Assembly (NCBI RefSeq): GCF_017348835.2
Contig: NZ_CP071375.1
Reading direction: 5' to 3' (one strand)
From: Escherichia coli
GTDB lineage: Bacteria; Pseudomonadota; Gammaproteobacteria; Enterobacterales; Enterobacteriaceae
Length of the DNA: 64,000 nucleotides
In this document: piece by piece, positions 26,305 through 41,487 of the stretch
How the letters are laid out: each line of letters opens with the position of its first letter
How positions within the stretch are numbered: position 1 is the stretch's first letter
Program-made: the position numbers and the translations under genes
Notes under the pieces: generated by a model
Database searches by the model: none
The model's input: the letters and a program-made list of their open reading frames with translations, nothing else
What the model was told of the DNA's origin: nothing

Positions 26305-27402
26305 TCAGGCGCTTTGTGCGAGAGCAAGTTCCTCATCTCGGGTTTCGATACGCTCGTCGCCGTTATACAGCCGCGCATGTTGCAGACCAACGAATAAACG
26401 CTCGCCACGCTGCGGGGCATCGTCGCCATGCATCACGACCGTCAGCGGTTCGTTGTACCACCCCAGCGGCTGCACCACTAATTGGGTGTAGTGACCTTTC
26501 GGGCTGGCTTCCAGTACCTGTACCGGCAGCGGCGAATCGAGGCTGGTACGGCGGCTGATATCCACTTCCCAAGGGCGCAGGAAGAGATCCACCGGCCCCT
26601 GATATGCAGGTGTGTAGCCCAGCGGCCAGCGATGCGCGCCAACATGGAACTGCCCGCCGCGAATGGTTCCCTGCAGGCGGTTCACTTCGCCCATAAATTC
26701 GAGCACAAAACGGGTCGCCGGTTCGCGCCATACCTGATCCGGCGCGTCAGCCTGTTCAATATTGCCCTGGCTCATCACAACTACACGATCAGCTACTTCG
26801 GTCGCTTCTTCCTGATCGTGGGTCACAAAAACGCTGGTGAATTTTAGTTCTTCATGGAGTTGACGCAGCCAGCGACGCAGCTCTTTACGCACCTGCGCAT
26901 CCAGCGCGCCAAACGGTTCATCAAGCAGCAGAATTTGCGGTTCCACAGCCAGCGCGCGCGCCAGCGCCACGCGCTGTTTCTGGCCGCCGGAAAGCTGCGC
27001 CGGATAACGATCCGCCAGATGGGCAAGCTGGACCATTTCCAGCAATTTTGTCACTTTCGCTTTGATGGCTGCGGCATTCGGGCGCTCGCGACGCGGCAGC
27101 ACCGTCAGGCCAAAAGCGATATTGTCGAACACCGTCATATGGCGGAACAGCGCGTAATGCTGGAACACGAAACCGACTTTACGATCACGTGCGTGCAGGC
27201 GGCTCACGTCGGTGCCGTGGAAGCGAATATGCCCGCTGGTTTGATGCTCCAGCCCGGCGATAATGCGCAGCAGCGTGGTTTTCCCGGAACCGGACGGCCC
27301 CAGCAACGCGACCATCTGACCTGAAGGAATATCCAGTGAGATATCGTTCAGCACCTGGGTGCGACCAAAAGACTTCTTAATATTGGCAATCTCAATGCTC
27401 AT
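26305..27402 (-). CDS. cysA: sulfate/thiosulfate ABC transporter ATP-binding subunit
   Basis: 365-aa ORF with Walker [13 protein letters not shown] signature LSGGQKQR, Walker B LLLDEP. Confidence 0.95.
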   Translation of the reverse strand: MSIEIANIKKSFGRTQVLNDISLDIPSGQMVALLGPSGSGKTTLLRIIAGLEHQTSGHIRFHGTDVSRLHARDRKVGFVFQHYALFRHMTVFDNIAFGLTVLPRRERPNAAAIKAKVTKLLEMVQLAHLADRYPAQLSGGQKQRVALARALAVEPQILLLDEPFGALDAQVRKELRRWLRQLHEELKFTSVFVTHDQEEATEVADRVVVMSQGNIEQADAPDQVWREPATRFVLEFMGEVNRLQGTIRGGQFHVGAHRWPLGYTPAYQGPVDLFLRPWEVDISRRTSLDSPLPVQVLEASPKGHYTQLVVQPLGWYNEPLTVVMHGDDAPQRGERLFVGLQHARLYNGDERIETRDEELALAQSA

Positions 27403-28267
27403 GATGCTCCTCCTGCTGCGCGCGTTTTTCCTGATTCTCCAGACGCCACTGCAACATACTCTTTAAAAACAGGGTGATAATCGCCATCAGCGTCAACAGC
27501 GCGGCGGCGGTAAAGGAGCCGACGGTGTTGTAGTCCTGCTCCAGCAATTCAATCTGTAACGGCAGCGAAAGTGTTTCGCCGCGAATCGAGCCGGAAACCA
27601 CCGACACCGCGCCAAACTCGCCAATCGCGCGGGCGTTGGTCAGCACTACGCCATAAAGCAGCGCCCAGCGGATGTTCGGCAATGTGACACGGCGGAACAT
27701 CTGCCAGCCAGACGCGCCAAGCAAAATCGCCGCTTCGTCTTCCTGGCTGCCCTGGCTTAACATCACCGGCACCAGCTCGCGCACCACAAACGGACATGTC
27801 ACAAAGATGGTGACCAGCACCATTCCCGGCCAGGAGAACATAATTTGCAGATTATGTTCATCCAGCCAGCCGCCGAGCGGGCCGTTAGAGCCGTAGAACA
27901 GCAGATACACCAGACCGGCAACCACCGGCGATACGGCAAACGGAATGTCCAGTAGCGTCAGCAGTAACTGGCGTCCAGGGAAGTTAAAGCGCGTCACCAG
28001 CCAGGCCAGCAGAATGCCGAACACCAGGTTTACCGGTACGGCAATCAGCGCGATCATCACCGTCAGCCAGATGGCGTGCAGCATATCCGGATCGGCCAGA
28101 TTCTGTAAAACCGGCATCAGCCCTTTGCTGAACGCCTGTACGAAGATATAAATCATCGGCACCAGCAGGATGAACGCCGATACCAGCATCCCGATGCCAA
28201 TCAGAAACCATTTGCCCCAGTTAATCGGGCGCGCGTCATAACGCTTCAATTGGGTAACTTCCGCCAT
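27392..28267 (-). CDS. cysW: sulfate/thiosulfate ABC transporter permease
   Basis: 291-aa membrane ORF overlapping the cysA start; operon context. Confidence 0.9.
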   Translation of the reverse strand: MAEVTQLKRYDARPINWGKWFLIGIGMLVSAFILLVPMIYIFVQAFSKGLMPVLQNLADPDMLHAIWLTVMIALIAVPVNLVFGILLAWLVTRFNFPGRQLLLTLLDIPFAVSPVVAGLVYLLFYGSNGPLGGWLDEHNLQIMFSWPGMVLVTIFVTCPFVVRELVPVMLSQGSQEDEAAILLGASGWQMFRRVTLPNIRWALLYGVVLTNARAIGEFGAVSVVSGSIRGETLSLPLQIELLEQDYNTVGSFTAAALLTLMAIITLFLKSMLQWRLENQEKRAQQEEHHEH

Positions 28268-29100
28268 TAATGACCTACCACACGCCGACCAAAGCGACTT
28301 TGCAGAGTGTTAATTGAGAACAGCAGCAGCAGAGATGCCGCGAGGATCACCGAAGCAATCGCGCTCGCTGCCGGGTAATCAAACTCCTGCAAGCGCACAA
28401 AAATCATCAGCGACGTCACTTCCGTCTTCCAGGCGATGTTCCCGGCGATAAATATCACCGCGCCAAACTCACCAAGACTACGGGTAAACGACAACGCCAC
28501 GCCCGCCACCAGCGCCGGAGAAAGTTCCGGCAGCACCACTTTGCAGAAACTCTGCCAGCGCGTTGCACCAAGCGTTTCCGCCGCTTCTTCATATTCCGGG
28601 CCTAACTCTTCCAGCACCGGCTGCACGGTACGCACCACAAACGGAATGCTGGTAAAGGCCATCGCCACCGCAATCCCAAGCCAGGTGTAGGTGACTTTGA
28701 TATCAAACTTCGCCAGCCATTCACCGTAAAAACCGTTCACGGAAAAGAGCGAGGCCAGCGTTAAACCGGCGACTGCCGTTGGCAGCGCAAAGGGTAAATC
28801 CATCAGCGCATCAAGCAGCGTGCGGCCAGGGAAGCGATAACGAGTTAAGATCCACGCCATCAGCAGGCCGAAAACGCCGTTAAAAATCGATGCCACAAAC
28901 GCCGACAGCAGCGTCACTTTGTAGGCTGCGACCACCTGCGGGTTGGTGATCACCTCCCAGTACTGCGCCCAGCTCATCTGGGCCAGCTGCATCACCAGCG
29001 CGGAGAGTGGCAGGAGCAAAATCAGGCAAACAAACAGCAGACTGGTGCCGAGGCTTAAGGTAAAGCCCGGCAGCACGCGTCTTGATGAAACTGCAAACAT
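28267..29100 (-). CDS. cysU: sulfate/thiosulfate ABC transporter permease
   Basis: 277-aa membrane ORF, start overlaps the cysP stop. Also known as cysT. Confidence 0.9.
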   Translation of the reverse strand: MFAVSSRRVLPGFTLSLGTSLLFVCLILLLPLSALVMQLAQMSWAQYWEVITNPQVVAAYKVTLLSAFVASIFNGVFGLLMAWILTRYRFPGRTLLDALMDLPFALPTAVAGLTLASLFSVNGFYGEWLAKFDIKVTYTWLGIAVAMAFTSIPFVVRTVQPVLEELGPEYEEAAETLGATRWQSFCKVVLPELSPALVAGVALSFTRSLGEFGAVIFIAGNIAWKTEVTSLMIFVRLQEFDYPAASAIASVILAASLLLLFSINTLQSRFGRRVVGH

Positions 29101-30116
29101 CAGTTACGCCCCGCCGCTAACAGCTTGTCTAACTCGCCGCCGCTGGTGAAGTGGGTTTTCATCACTTCCGGCCAGGAGCCAAATTTGTCTTCCACGCGGA
29201 ACAGTTCGGTCTGCGGGAATTTATCTTTCAGTTTGTCCATGACTTCCGGGTTATTTACGCGGTAGTAATAGTCGGTGATGATGGTCTGCGCCTGCGGGCT
29301 GTAGAGCCAGTTCAGGTAGGCTTTTGCTGCTTTTTCCGTACCGTTGGCCTGCACGTTTTTATCGACCCACGCCACCGGGAATTCCGCCAGAATGTTGGTT
29401 TTCGGAATCACCACTTCAAAGCCCTGCGCTTCATACTGTTTGCGGATGTTGTTCACTTCCGACTCGAAGCTGATCAGCACATCGCCCAGGCCGCGCTCGG
29501 CAAAAGTGGTGGTCGCGCCACGACCGCCAGTATCGAACACTTCAACGTTTTTCAGGAACTGGGTCATAAACTGTTCGGTTTTGGCTTTGTCGCCACCGTC
29601 AGCTTTATCCGCTGCGCCCCATGCCGCCAGATAGGTATAACGCGCGTTACCCGACGTTTTCGGGTTCGGGAAAATCAGCTTCACGTCGGAGCGCACCAGG
29701 TCGTTCCAGTCGTGGATATTCTTCGGGTTGCCCTTACGCACCAGGAAGCCCATGGTGGAGTAGAACGGCGAGCTATTATTCGGCAGGCGCGACTGCCAGT
29801 CCGCCGGGATAAGCTTGCCTTTATCGTGCAGAATTTGTACGTCGGTCACCTGGTTATAAGTGACAACGTCGGCTTTTAAGCCCTGCAAAATTGCCAGCGC
29901 CTGTTTTGATGACCCGGCATGAGATTGTTTTATCGTCAGTTTGTCGCCGCCGTTATCTTTGGCCCATTGTTGCTCAAACGGCGGGTTCAGGGCGGCAAAC
30001 AGCTCGCGGGAGACGTCATAAGAACTGTTCAGCAGTTCCGTTGCCTGTACATGGCCCGCCAGCAGCAGAGAAGCGACCAGCGCGAGTGAGTTCTTTTTCA
30101 GTAAGTTAACGGCCAT
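29100..30116 (-). CDS. cysP: thiosulfate/sulfate periplasmic binding protein
   Basis: 338-aa ORF with signal peptide [25 protein letters not shown]. Confidence 0.9.
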   Translation of the reverse strand: MAVNLLKKNSLALVASLLLAGHVQATELLNSSYDVSRELFAALNPPFEQQWAKDNGGDKLTIKQSHAGSSKQALAILQGLKADVVTYNQVTDVQILHDKGKLIPADWQSRLPNNSSPFYSTMGFLVRKGNPKNIHDWNDLVRSDVKLIFPNPKTSGNARYTYLAAWGAADKADGGDKAKTEQFMTQFLKNVEVFDTGGRGATTTFAERGLGDVLISFESEVNNIRKQYEAQGFEVVIPKTNILAEFPVAWVDKNVQANGTEKAAKAYLNWLYSPQAQTIITDYYYRVNNPEVMDKLKDKFPQTELFRVEDKFGSWPEVMKTHFTSGGELDKLLAAGRN

Positions 30117-30273
30117 TGCGCACCCTTATAAATTTAATGACTTTCTAATAGCCATCATATTTATAACGGACGTGAAAGGAGTAACGGTTTTATATACCGT
30201 TTGGTGATTTGGAAGTTGAAAAGGGAATAAGACGAAATCCTCCCCACACATGCAGGGAGGAAACAGAGGTGAA

Positions 30274-31065
30274 TCAGATGCCGACGCTAACCGTCTCCGG
30301 CAGTGTGCTGCCGCCATCAATCACATTCTGTGTACCGGTTAAATAACTTGATTCATCCGATGCGAGGAAGGCTGCCAGTTCGCCGACTTCCAGCGGATCG
30401 GCGAGGCGACGCAGCGGGATTGCTTTTGCCATTTCAGTCAGCACCGATTCTGGATCTTCCGGGTTCGACTGGCGGGCAATGCTTTCCGCCATTGGCGTGC
30501 GAACGTATCCCGGGCAGATGGCGTTAACGCGAATACCAGACTGCGCGTACTCCACCGCCAGCGATTTAGTCAGGCCAACAATCGCCGCTTTCGTTAAGGC
30601 ATACGCCGTTTCACCCGGATCGGCCACCATATCGCCAGTGACTGAAGACATCATCACAATGCGACCATCTTTGCGGGCAATCATCTCCGGCAACACCGCC
30701 TTCGTGACGTTCCATACGCCTTTAATATTGATATCAATATGGAAATCGCGATCGTCATCGCTCATATCGAGGAAACTGCCCAGACGACAAACGCCTGCGT
30801 TATTCACCAGGATATCAATGCGCCCTTCTTTTTCCTTCGCGCGTTTGATAGCTGCGGCTACCGACGCCGGGTCACGCACATCGGCGACAACCGCCGTACA
30901 GCGATGACCACGACCACACAGTTCGTCCGCCAGCTTTTCGATCTCAGGGGAGATATCCAGCAAGATTAGGTTTGCGCCATGACGCGCAAAAGTTCTGGCA
31001 ATTCCTTCGCCAATTCCCTGCAATGCGCCCGTAATCAGTGCTGTCTTGCCCGTGAGTTTACCCAT
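30274..31065 (-). CDS. ucpA: short-chain dehydrogenase/reductase (SDR) oxidoreductase
   Basis: ORF trimmed to MGKLTGKTALITGALQGIGEGIA... (TGxxxGIG Rossmann motif), AAGGAGAG RBS upstream of ATG at 31063-31065. Confidence 0.85.
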   Translation of the reverse strand: MGKLTGKTALITGALQGIGEGIARTFARHGANLILLDISPEIEKLADELCGRGHRCTAVVADVRDPASVAAAIKRAKEKEGRIDILVNNAGVCRLGSFLDMSDDDRDFHIDINIKGVWNVTKAVLPEMIARKDGRIVMMSSVTGDMVADPGETAYALTKAAIVGLTKSLAVEYAQSGIRVNAICPGYVRTPMAESIARQSNPEDPESVLTEMAKAIPLRRLADPLEVGELAAFLASDESSYLTGTQNVIDGGSTLPETVSVGI

Positions 31066-31193
31066 TTTAATGCTCTCCTTGTTAATACAGAGCGTTACAC
31101 TCCATTCCCTCTGAAAATACAGGATAAACAAAATATTGCTGCGGATCAGCTCACTAATTCAGGAAAATCTCAATCCAGTCGCTGCTTTATGCA

Positions 31194-32051
31194 TCATTTC
31201 AGGCGTTGTGTTAGCTCACTGCTGCGCTGAATCATTTTCAATGACTCCACATCATTGAGTTGCACAAGACCAACAAACAGTAAATCGGTAACAGAATTTT
31301 GCGCCGTGCGGGTAGACATCGACGAGCTACGCCATTCGGTTTCACCGGAAACGGTATCGAGCGTGAAATGCGCCAGCCGCCGCAGCGGAGAGTCAGCCAG
31401 AGAAGTAATGGCAATCACCGTTGCCCCCTGCTTTCGTGCCGCTTCTGCGCACAAGACAATCTCTTTTTTACTGCCGCTGTAAGAGATAGCGATTTGTACA
31501 TCGCCTTTTTTCAACGCCTGGGAAACGGTAGCTTGTACGTGCGTGTCGGCTTCGCAGGCCACGCGATAGCCAATTTTCATCAGTTTGAACGACAGATCGC
31601 GCCCCACCAGCGCCGATCCGCCCAGGCCCGTTATCTGGATAAACGGTGCTTTACTGATGACCTCAATGATTTTTTGCATCCGCGCGTAGTCGAACAACGC
31701 ACAGGTTTGATCCAGCGCCAGCTCTTTTTCGCGATTCAATTTGCGGGCAATCACTTCCAGCGAATCATCACTGGTAATCGAACTGTGCAGGTGCAGCGCC
31801 GTGGCATTCGTTTTCTCCCGGCTGGCACTGTATTCGCCAATTAACGCCATACGCAATTCAGTAAATCCTTGCGCGCCGAGCTTCTGGGCAAATTTCACAA
31901 TACTCGACTGGCTGATGCCGAGCTGTTTCGCCATCTTGCGCGAAGAGACGGATTTCAGCTCACTCACGTTGGCCCGCAGAAAGTCAGCAATTTTTTGCTC
32001 GTTCTCGGTAAATTCACTTTCCGCATTGCGTATTTTCGTCAGGTACAACAT
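31194..32051 (-). CDS. murR: RpiR-family repressor of MurNAc catabolism
   Basis: ORF 31194..32306 trimmed to [14 protein letters not shown]... start (ATG complement 32049-32051); HTH plus SIS domain. Confidence 0.8.
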   Translation of the reverse strand: MLYLTKIRNAESEFTENEQKIADFLRANVSELKSVSSRKMAKQLGISQSSIVKFAQKLGAQGFTELRMALIGEYSASREKTNATALHLHSSITSDDSLEVIARKLNREKELALDQTCALFDYARMQKIIEVISKAPFIQITGLGGSALVGRDLSFKLMKIGYRVACEADTHVQATVSQALKKGDVQIAISYSGSKKEIVLCAEAARKQGATVIAITSLADSPLRRLAHFTLDTVSGETEWRSSSMSTRTAQNSVTDLLFVGLVQLNDVESLKMIQRSSELTQRLK

Positions 32052-32214
32052 CTTCCACTCTCCTGGGCTGGCAGCAAAAATTCCGCTTAAGTTCTTATGA
32101 CGCTCTTCACACTCTGCGAGTGTAGACTCAATGATTCCTTTAAGTCTGTCAATTCGGGATATATGATTCCATACATCTGCAATTATTTGATCGTAAATAG
32201 TAAGGTCACCACCG
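32052..32214. promoter_or_regulatory. divergent murR / murQ-murP control region
   Basis: 163-bp intergenic between divergent regulator and catabolic operon; individual sites not resolved. Confidence 0.5.
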
Positions 32215-33111
32215 ATGCAACTTGAAAAGATGATTACCGAAGGCTCGAACGCCGCCTCGGCTGAAATTGACCGCGTATCAACGCTGGAAATGTGCCGGAT
32301 TATCAACGATGAAGATAAAACCGTACCGCTTGCCGTTGAGCGCGTACTGCCGGATATCGCCGCGGCGATCGATGTTATCCACGCCCAGGTAAGCGGCGGC
32401 GGTCGTCTGATTTATCTCGGTGCGGGAACATCCGGTCGTCTGGGGATTCTGGATGCCAGCGAATGTCCGCCCACCTACGGCGTGAAACCGGGTCTGGTAG
32501 TTGGTTTGATTGCTGGAGGCGAATATGCCATTCAGCACGCGGTGGAAGGCGCTGAAGATAGCCGGGAAGGTGGTGTTAACGATCTGAAAAATATTAATTT
32601 AACGGCACAGGATGTGGTGGTTGGTATTGCGGCCAGTGGTCGCACGCCGTATGTAATTGCCGGACTGGAATACGCACGCCAGCTCGGCTGCCGCACAGTG
32701 GGAATTTCCTGTAATCCGGGGAGCGCCGTTTCAACCACCGCAGAGTTTGCCATTACACCGATTGTAGGTGCCGAAGTGGTTACCGGTTCTTCGCGGATGA
32801 AAGCAGGTACAGCGCAGAAACTGGTGCTCAATATGCTCTCCACCGGGCTGATGATTAAATCCGGCAAAGTGTTCGGCAACCTGATGGTCGATGTGGTCGC
32901 CACCAACGAAAAACTGCATGTGCGCCAGGTCAATATCGTTAAAAACGCCACCGGATGTAATGCCGAACAAGCGGAAGCGGCGTTAATTGCCTGCGAGCGC
33001 AACTGTAAAACGGCCATTGTGATGGTGCTGAAAAATCTCGATGCCACAGAAGCTAAAAAACGCCTGGATCAACACGGCGGCTTTATTCGTCAGGTTTTAG
33101 ACAAGGAATAA
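32215..33111 (+). CDS. murQ: N-acetylmuramic acid 6-phosphate etherase
   Basis: 298-aa SIS-domain ORF. Confidence 0.9.
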   Translation: MQLEKMITEGSNAASAEIDRVSTLEMCRIINDEDKTVPLAVERVLPDIAAAIDVIHAQVSGGGRLIYLGAGTSGRLGILDASECPPTYGVKPGLVVGLIAGGEYAIQHAVEGAEDSREGGVNDLKNINLTAQDVVVGIAASGRTPYVIAGLEYARQLGCRTVGISCNPGSAVSTTAEFAITPIVGAEVVTGSSRMKAGTAQKLVLNMLSTGLMIKSGKVFGNLMVDVVATNEKLHVRQVNIVKNATGCNAEQAEAALIACERNCKTAIVMVLKNLDATEAKKRLDQHGGFIRQVLDKE

Positions 33112-33114
33112 CCC

Positions 33115-34539
<1,425 letters not shown>

Positions 34540-34543
34540 TATT

Positions 34544-35848
34544 ATGAAACGGACAATGCTCTATCTTTCTCTGCTGGCTGTCAGTTGTAGCGTCAGCGCC
34601 GCAAAATACCCTGTTCTGACAGAAAGTTCGCCAGAGAAAGCAGGGTTCAACGTCGAACGGCTTAACCAGATGGATCGCTGGATTAGCCAGCAAGTGGACG
34701 CCGGTTATCCCGGCGTAAACCTGCTGATTATAAAAGATAATCAGATTGTGTATCGCAAAGCCTGGGGAGCGGCGAAAAAGTACGATGGCAGCGTATTGAT
34801 GGAACAGCCTGTCAAAGCCACCACCGGGACGCTGTATGACCTGGCTTCCAATACCAAAATGTACGCCACTAACTTTGCTCTGCAAAAGCTAATGAGCGAA
34901 GGCAAGCTGCATCCTGACGATCGGATTGCGAAATATATTTCGGGGTTTGCCGATAGTCCAAATGACACCATCAAAGGCAAAAACACGCTGCGGATTTCTG
35001 ACCTGCTGCATCACAGCGGCGGTTTCCCGGCGGACCCACAATATCCGAATAAAGCGGTCGCGGGCGCGTTATATTCCCAGGATAAAGGCCAGACGCTGGA
35101 GATGATCAAGCGCACGCCGCTAGAGTATCAGCCCGGCAGCAAGCATATTTACAGTGATGTCGATTATATGCTGCTTGGATTTATCGTCGAGTCGGTCACC
35201 GGTCAGCCGCTTGACCGCTATGTTGAAGAGTCGATTTATCGCCCGCTCGGCCTGACACATACGGTATTTAACCCGCTGCTGAAAGGCTTTAAACCGCAAC
35301 AAATTGCCGCCACGGAATTGAACGGCAATACCCGCGATGGAGTGATCCACTTCCCGAATATCCGCACCTCCACTCTCTGGGGTCAGGTGCACGATGAAAA
35401 AGCCTTTTATTCGATGGGCGGCGTTTCCGGGCACGCAGGTTTGTTTTCCAATACCGGCGATATTGCGGTGTTAATGCAAACGATGCTGAACGGCGGGGGC
35501 TATGGCGATGTGCAGCTGTTCAGTGCGGAAACGGTGAAGATGTTCACCACCAGCTCTAAGGAAGATGCCACTTTTGGCCTCGGCTGGCGCGTGAATGGTA
35601 ATGCCACCATGACGCCGACGTTTGGCACGCTGGCAAGCCCGCAAACCTACGGTCACACTGGCTGGACCGGAACGGTGACCGTTATCGATCCGGTGAATCA
35701 TATGGCGATTGTGATGTTAAGCAACAAGCCACATTCGCCGGTTGCCGATCCGCAAAAGAATCCCAATATGTTCGAAAGCGGTCAGCTGCCGATTGCAACG
35801 TATGGTTGGGTAGTTGATCAGGTGTATGCGGCGTTAAAGCAAAAGTAA
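34544..35848 (+). CDS. yfeW: class C beta-lactamase-fold penicillin-binding protein (PBP4B-like)
   Basis: ORF trimmed to MKRTMLYLSLLAVSCSVSA... signal peptide start; SxxK active-site motif (ASNTK). Confidence 0.85.
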   Translation: MKRTMLYLSLLAVSCSVSAAKYPVLTESSPEKAGFNVERLNQMDRWISQQVDAGYPGVNLLIIKDNQIVYRKAWGAAKKYDGSVLMEQPVKATTGTLYDLASNTKMYATNFALQKLMSEGKLHPDDRIAKYISGFADSPNDTIKGKNTLRISDLLHHSGGFPADPQYPNKAVAGALYSQDKGQTLEMIKRTPLEYQPGSKHIYSDVDYMLLGFIVESVTGQPLDRYVEESIYRPLGLTHTVFNPLLKGFKPQQIAATELNGNTRDGVIHFPNIRTSTLWGQVHDEKAFYSMGGVSGHAGLFSNTGDIAVLMQTMLNGGGYGDVQLFSAETVKMFTTSSKEDATFGLGWRVNGNATMTPTFGTLASPQTYGHTGWTGTVTVIDPVNHMAIVMLSNKPHSPVADPQKNPNMFESGQLPIATYGWVVDQVYAALKQK

Positions 35849-35851
35849 TAA

Positions 35852-35887
35852 AAAGGCCAGTCAGTAATGTTACTGCCTGGCCTTTAA
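35852..35887. terminator. bidirectional terminator hairpin (yfeW / yfeX)
   Basis: aaaaaGGCCAGTCAGTAAtgTTACTGCCTGGCCtttaat. Confidence 0.7.
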
Positions 35888-35905
35888 TCAATGAATCAGA
35901 AACGC

Positions 35906-36889
<984 letters not shown>

Positions 36890-36900
36890 TCAGACGCAAA

Positions 36901-37476
36901 TTAACGCCGCCAGATAATTTTACTGACTTTCCAGTTTTTCAGGGTATCGTCCGAAGGCATTAACCCTTCAGGACCACTCCATTCCCCGCTGAACTGGTAG
37001 CTAATATGTTGACTGCCTTCGGCTTTACATTCGACGGCACGATTATCATCACCATCAGCTTTTTGGCAATTGCCAAATGCTTTGCTGTAAAGGTCGCTAA
37101 ACGGTGTACCGATTTTAACACCGGTGTCAGCAGGAATATCGCTATCCAGCACGTCAATGCGACTGATCGTGCCTTGATCGCCGTTAATCACCATCGCCAC
37201 GTTGTCGCCCTTCATCACTTCAAAAAAGCGCACCACGTTGCCGTTCGCGGTTTTCATTCCGCTGCGCAGGCGATAATCGCCATCAAGCGCATCGGCAATG
37301 GCTTGTTCTTGCAGTGGTGTGGACGCCGTTAATTCACCAACGCCCTGCTCGCTCACTTTGGTGGACGACCCAAACCAGTTCCACGGGTTAGCGGCAGACC
37401 AGTTAACTGACGACATCGTGGAACAGCCGGTCAGCATCAATGGCATAGCGCATAACATTAAACGCAGCGATTTCAT
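36901..37476 (-). CDS. yfeY: lipoprotein (DUF1131)
   Basis: 191-aa ORF with lipobox MLCAMPLMLTGCS. Confidence 0.8.
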   Translation of the reverse strand: MKSLRLMLCAMPLMLTGCSTMSSVNWSAANPWNWFGSSTKVSEQGVGELTASTPLQEQAIADALDGDYRLRSGMKTANGNVVRFFEVMKGDNVAMVINGDQGTISRIDVLDSDIPADTGVKIGTPFSDLYSKAFGNCQKADGDDNRAVECKAEGSQHISYQFSGEWSGPEGLMPSDDTLKNWKVSKIIWRR

Positions 37477-37536
37477 GTCACTTCCTTTGGTTATTCAATA
37501 ACGTTGCTTGGAGTGCAAATTCACCAAAAAGTGCCG

Positions 37537-37986
37537 TTATTCTTTTACTTCATTAAAACAAGCGCGTAAACGTCGATTGGTCAGCAGCCAGATTAATGCC
37601 ACAATATCCGCCACTACCAGCGCCAGACCGAAACCGCTAACGGATTCACCGTTCAGCCACAGCCACGGTTGCCAGCAAAGTAAAACCACTTGCGCCAACA
37701 GCAACAGAAAATAGAGCACATGCCAGATACGGGGAAACGAAGCCCGCCGACCACTCAGCAAAAACGCCAGCACCGCCGGAATGCCAGGAATCAGCCCCAG
37801 CCAGAAATTATCGTGATCGGGATAAAACAGATTTAGCAGCGCAGTACCCTGCTCGCGCGACGCACCGGCAATAACAAACAGCACCCAGGTTCGCGCCTGA
37901 AGCAATAGCACAAGCCAGAAGAGCAAGGGTAAACGCAGGCGACCGTGCGCATCATAATGGACAGGATGAAACTCAGTACTCTTCAT
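37537..37986 (-). CDS. yfeZ: inner-membrane protein
   Basis: 149-aa hydrophobic ORF (4 predicted TM helices). Confidence 0.7.
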
Positions 37987-38398
37987 CTTCAATCAAACGC
38001 TTACCCAGACTCAGCACGTCGGCGTGTTCATATCCCAGGCGTTCATACATTCCGAGCACCATGTCGTTATCTTCCGGCACGTTGATCTGAATTTTCGGGC
38101 AGCCGCGAGCAATCAGCTTTTTCTCCAGCCGGTTAAGCAACGCATTGGCAATTCCACGCCCACGAAACTCTGGATGCACGCCAAGATAATAAGCAGACCC
38201 GCGATGCCCGTCATAACCGCCCATCACCGTTCCGACCACTTCACCGTTCACCTCAGCGACCAGAAACAAACTGACGTCATGGTTCATCTTACGCTCGATG
38301 TCCATTTCCGGATCGTTCCACGGACGCAGCAAGTCGCAACGCTCCCAAAGGGTGATGACCTCTTCGAAATCTTCCTGGCGAAATACGCGTATCTCCAT
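37973..38398 (-). CDS. ypeA: GNAT-family N-acetyltransferase
   Basis: ORF trimmed to [21 protein letters not shown]...; acetyl-CoA motif [10 protein letters not shown]. Confidence 0.85.
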
Positions 38399-38611
38399 GG
38401 TATTCGTTACCTTTTTGCGGGTTAAAAGGCTGATTATGGCGTGAACGGTCGAATTAGCCAATATCTGACGAAAATCGGTTGAAAAAGTGGCATAATGGGG
38501 AGTTGTCAACTATTGAAATGAAAAGTAAAACAATTCTCAACAGCAAACGGTCGTAACGGATTACGCGATACGATATAACATCTGGAACTTTATTATTACA
38601 ACTCAGGCCGT

Positions 38612-39481
38612 ATGAGCACTTTTAAACCACTAAAAACACTCACTTCGCGCCGCCAGGTGCTGAAAGCCGGTTTGGCTGCCCTGACGTTGTCAGGAATGTC
38701 GCAAGCCATCGCCAAAGACGAACCTTTAAAAACCAGCAACGGACACAGCAAGCCGAAAGCCAAAAAATCTGGCGGCAAACGTGTCGTTGTTCTCGATCCA
38801 GGCCACGGCGGAATTGATACCGGAGCGATCGGGCGCAACGGTTCGAAAGAAAAACATGTGGTGCTGGCGATTGCTAAAAACGTCCGTTCCATTTTGCGTA
38901 ATCATGGGATTGATGCGCGTTTAACGCGTTCTGGCGATACGTTTATCCCACTTTACGATCGCGTTGAAATCGCCCATAAACATGGCGCAGATCTGTTTAT
39001 GTCAATTCATGCCGATGGCTTTACCAACCCGAAAGCTGCCGGTGCTTCGGTATTTGCCCTCTCTAACCGTGGGGCAAGTAGCGCAATGGCGAAATACCTG
39101 TCTGAACGCGAAAACCGCGCCGATGAAGTTGCCGGTAAAAAGGCGACTGACAAGGATCACCTATTGCAGCAAGTGCTGTTTGATCTGGTGCAAACCGATA
39201 CTATTAAAAACAGCCTGACGCTCGGCTCGCATATTCTGAAAAAGATTAAGCCGGTGCATAAACTGCACAGCCGCAACACCGAACAAGCCGCGTTTGTGGT
39301 GTTGAAATCGCCGTCGGTTCCTTCGGTGCTGGTGGAAACCTCGTTTATCACCAACCCAGAAGAAGAGCGACTGTTAGGCACGGCGGCGTTTCGTCAGAAA
39401 ATCGCCACAGCGATTGCTGAAGGCGTGATCAGTTATTTCCACTGGTTCGACAACCAGAAAGCACATTCGAAAAAGCGATAA
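38612..39481 (+). CDS. amiA: N-acetylmuramoyl-L-alanine amidase
   Basis: 289-aa ORF with Tat-type signal (SRRQVLKAGLAALTL) and Amidase_3 domain. Confidence 0.9.
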   Translation: MSTFKPLKTLTSRRQVLKAGLAALTLSGMSQAIAKDEPLKTSNGHSKPKAKKSGGKRVVVLDPGHGGIDTGAIGRNGSKEKHVVLAIAKNVRSILRNHGIDARLTRSGDTFIPLYDRVEIAHKHGADLFMSIHADGFTNPKAAGASVFALSNRGASSAMAKYLSERENRADEVAGKKATDKDHLLQQVLFDLVQTDTIKNSLTLGSHILKKIKPVHKLHSRNTEQAAFVVLKSPSVPSVLVETSFITNPEEERLLGTAAFRQKIATAIAEGVISYFHWFDNQKAHSKKR

Positions 39482-40384
<903 letters not shown>

Positions 40385-40389
40385 CTCCC

Positions 40390-41442
40390 TCACCCCCATT
40401 CCCGCATCCGCTGATGCAACGTCAACGACGGCTTCTCGGCAAACAGCTGCTGGTAATCCGTGGCAAATTGCCCCAGATGCCAGAATCCCCACTGCATGGC
40501 GGCGTCTTTTACCGTTGTGCTTTGCGACCACGGGCTTATCAGTTCGCGGCGTACGGCGTTCAGGCGAATGCGTTTCAGCCACGCGTTTGGGCCAATGCCT
40601 AAAATAGCGTGAAACGCGTTTTGTAGCGTGCGGCGGCTGACATGCAGTTGATTACACAAATCCAGCACCGTCACCGGTTCGGACATGTTTTCCAGCACAT
40701 ATTCACGGGCGCGGGAAAGTAATCTACGGTAACTCTGATGACTGATGCTTTCCGCCGTCACCATTGGTTGCGCTTCTTCCAGCATCGCCCCCATCGCCAT
40801 TAGCAAATTATCCCCCAGCACTTTTCGCACTGCAGGCTGATGAAGATTTTCCGGGTTCTCGCAAAACGTCGCCAGCGCCTGTTGGACAAAGCCCCACAGC
40901 GCGGCTTTATGCTGCTCTTTCACTTCCAGCGCCGACTGGCTACGCAACATATGTAATACCCGATCCGGATTATGCAAAAAGTTAGCCTGACGGGTGATGA
41001 CATCTTCAGAAAGCACTACGCCCAGGATCGTGTAATCGTCCGGCGTACTTAATTCAAACTCGGTTCCACCAGGGCGCGTCGCTATTTCTGCGCTTCCCAG
41101 ACATTGCGAACCGATAAATCCCTGCTCACCGCGCGTCGCCGGAATGCCAAACCAGAACGAGTTCGGCCAGACCAGACACGACTGACGCAGCGCCAGACCG
41201 GTGTATTCACGAAAAACCTGAATATCATCGAGTAGAATTTCCGTAAATTCACCATGAAACTTGCCCGGATGCAGCTGATCGTAAATCTGCTGCCAGGCGG
41301 TAATCGTTAAAGCATGTTCATAGACATCCGTTGTCTGTCGTTGATGAACATTATCCACTTCGACCTTCGGCGTGAGCTTCAGGTTTTCGGGTAAGGGCTC
41401 ATGATAAAGATGGTGCAAATTGGCTGTACGGGTCTTTTTCAT
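40390..41442 (-). CDS. eutR: AraC-family activator of the eut operon
   Basis: 350-aa ORF with C-terminal AraC HTH. Confidence 0.9.
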   Translation of the reverse strand: MKKTRTANLHHLYHEPLPENLKLTPKVEVDNVHQRQTTDVYEHALTITAWQQIYDQLHPGKFHGEFTEILLDDIQVFREYTGLALRQSCLVWPNSFWFGIPATRGEQGFIGSQCLGSAEIATRPGGTEFELSTPDDYTILGVVLSEDVITRQANFLHNPDRVLHMLRSQSALEVKEQHKAALWGFVQQALATFCENPENLHQPAVRKVLGDNLLMAMGAMLEEAQPMVTAESISHQSYRRLLSRAREYVLENMSEPVTVLDLCNQLHVSRRTLQNAFHAILGIGPNAWLKRIRLNAVRRELISPWSQSTTVKDAAMQWGFWHLGQFATDYQQLFAEKPSLTLHQRMREWG

Positions 41443-41487
41443 GATGTTAATGCCGGGTGTTGTAGGACACCCGGCACCTCCGACAGG

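Noticed and set aside
29151-29879. 242-aa plus-strand ORF within cysP
   Set aside because: Antisense shadow ORF of the thiosulfate-binding protein gene.
31194-32306. Long N-terminal extensions of several ORFs in the track (murR 370 aa, cysM 329 aa, zipA 349 aa, ucpA 285 aa, eutM 111 aa, ypeA 178 aa, pdeA 749 aa)
   Set aside because: The extensions lack RBSs and run into upstream intergenic or divergent-promoter sequence; internal starts with Shine-Dalgarno sequences and conserved N-termini were used instead.
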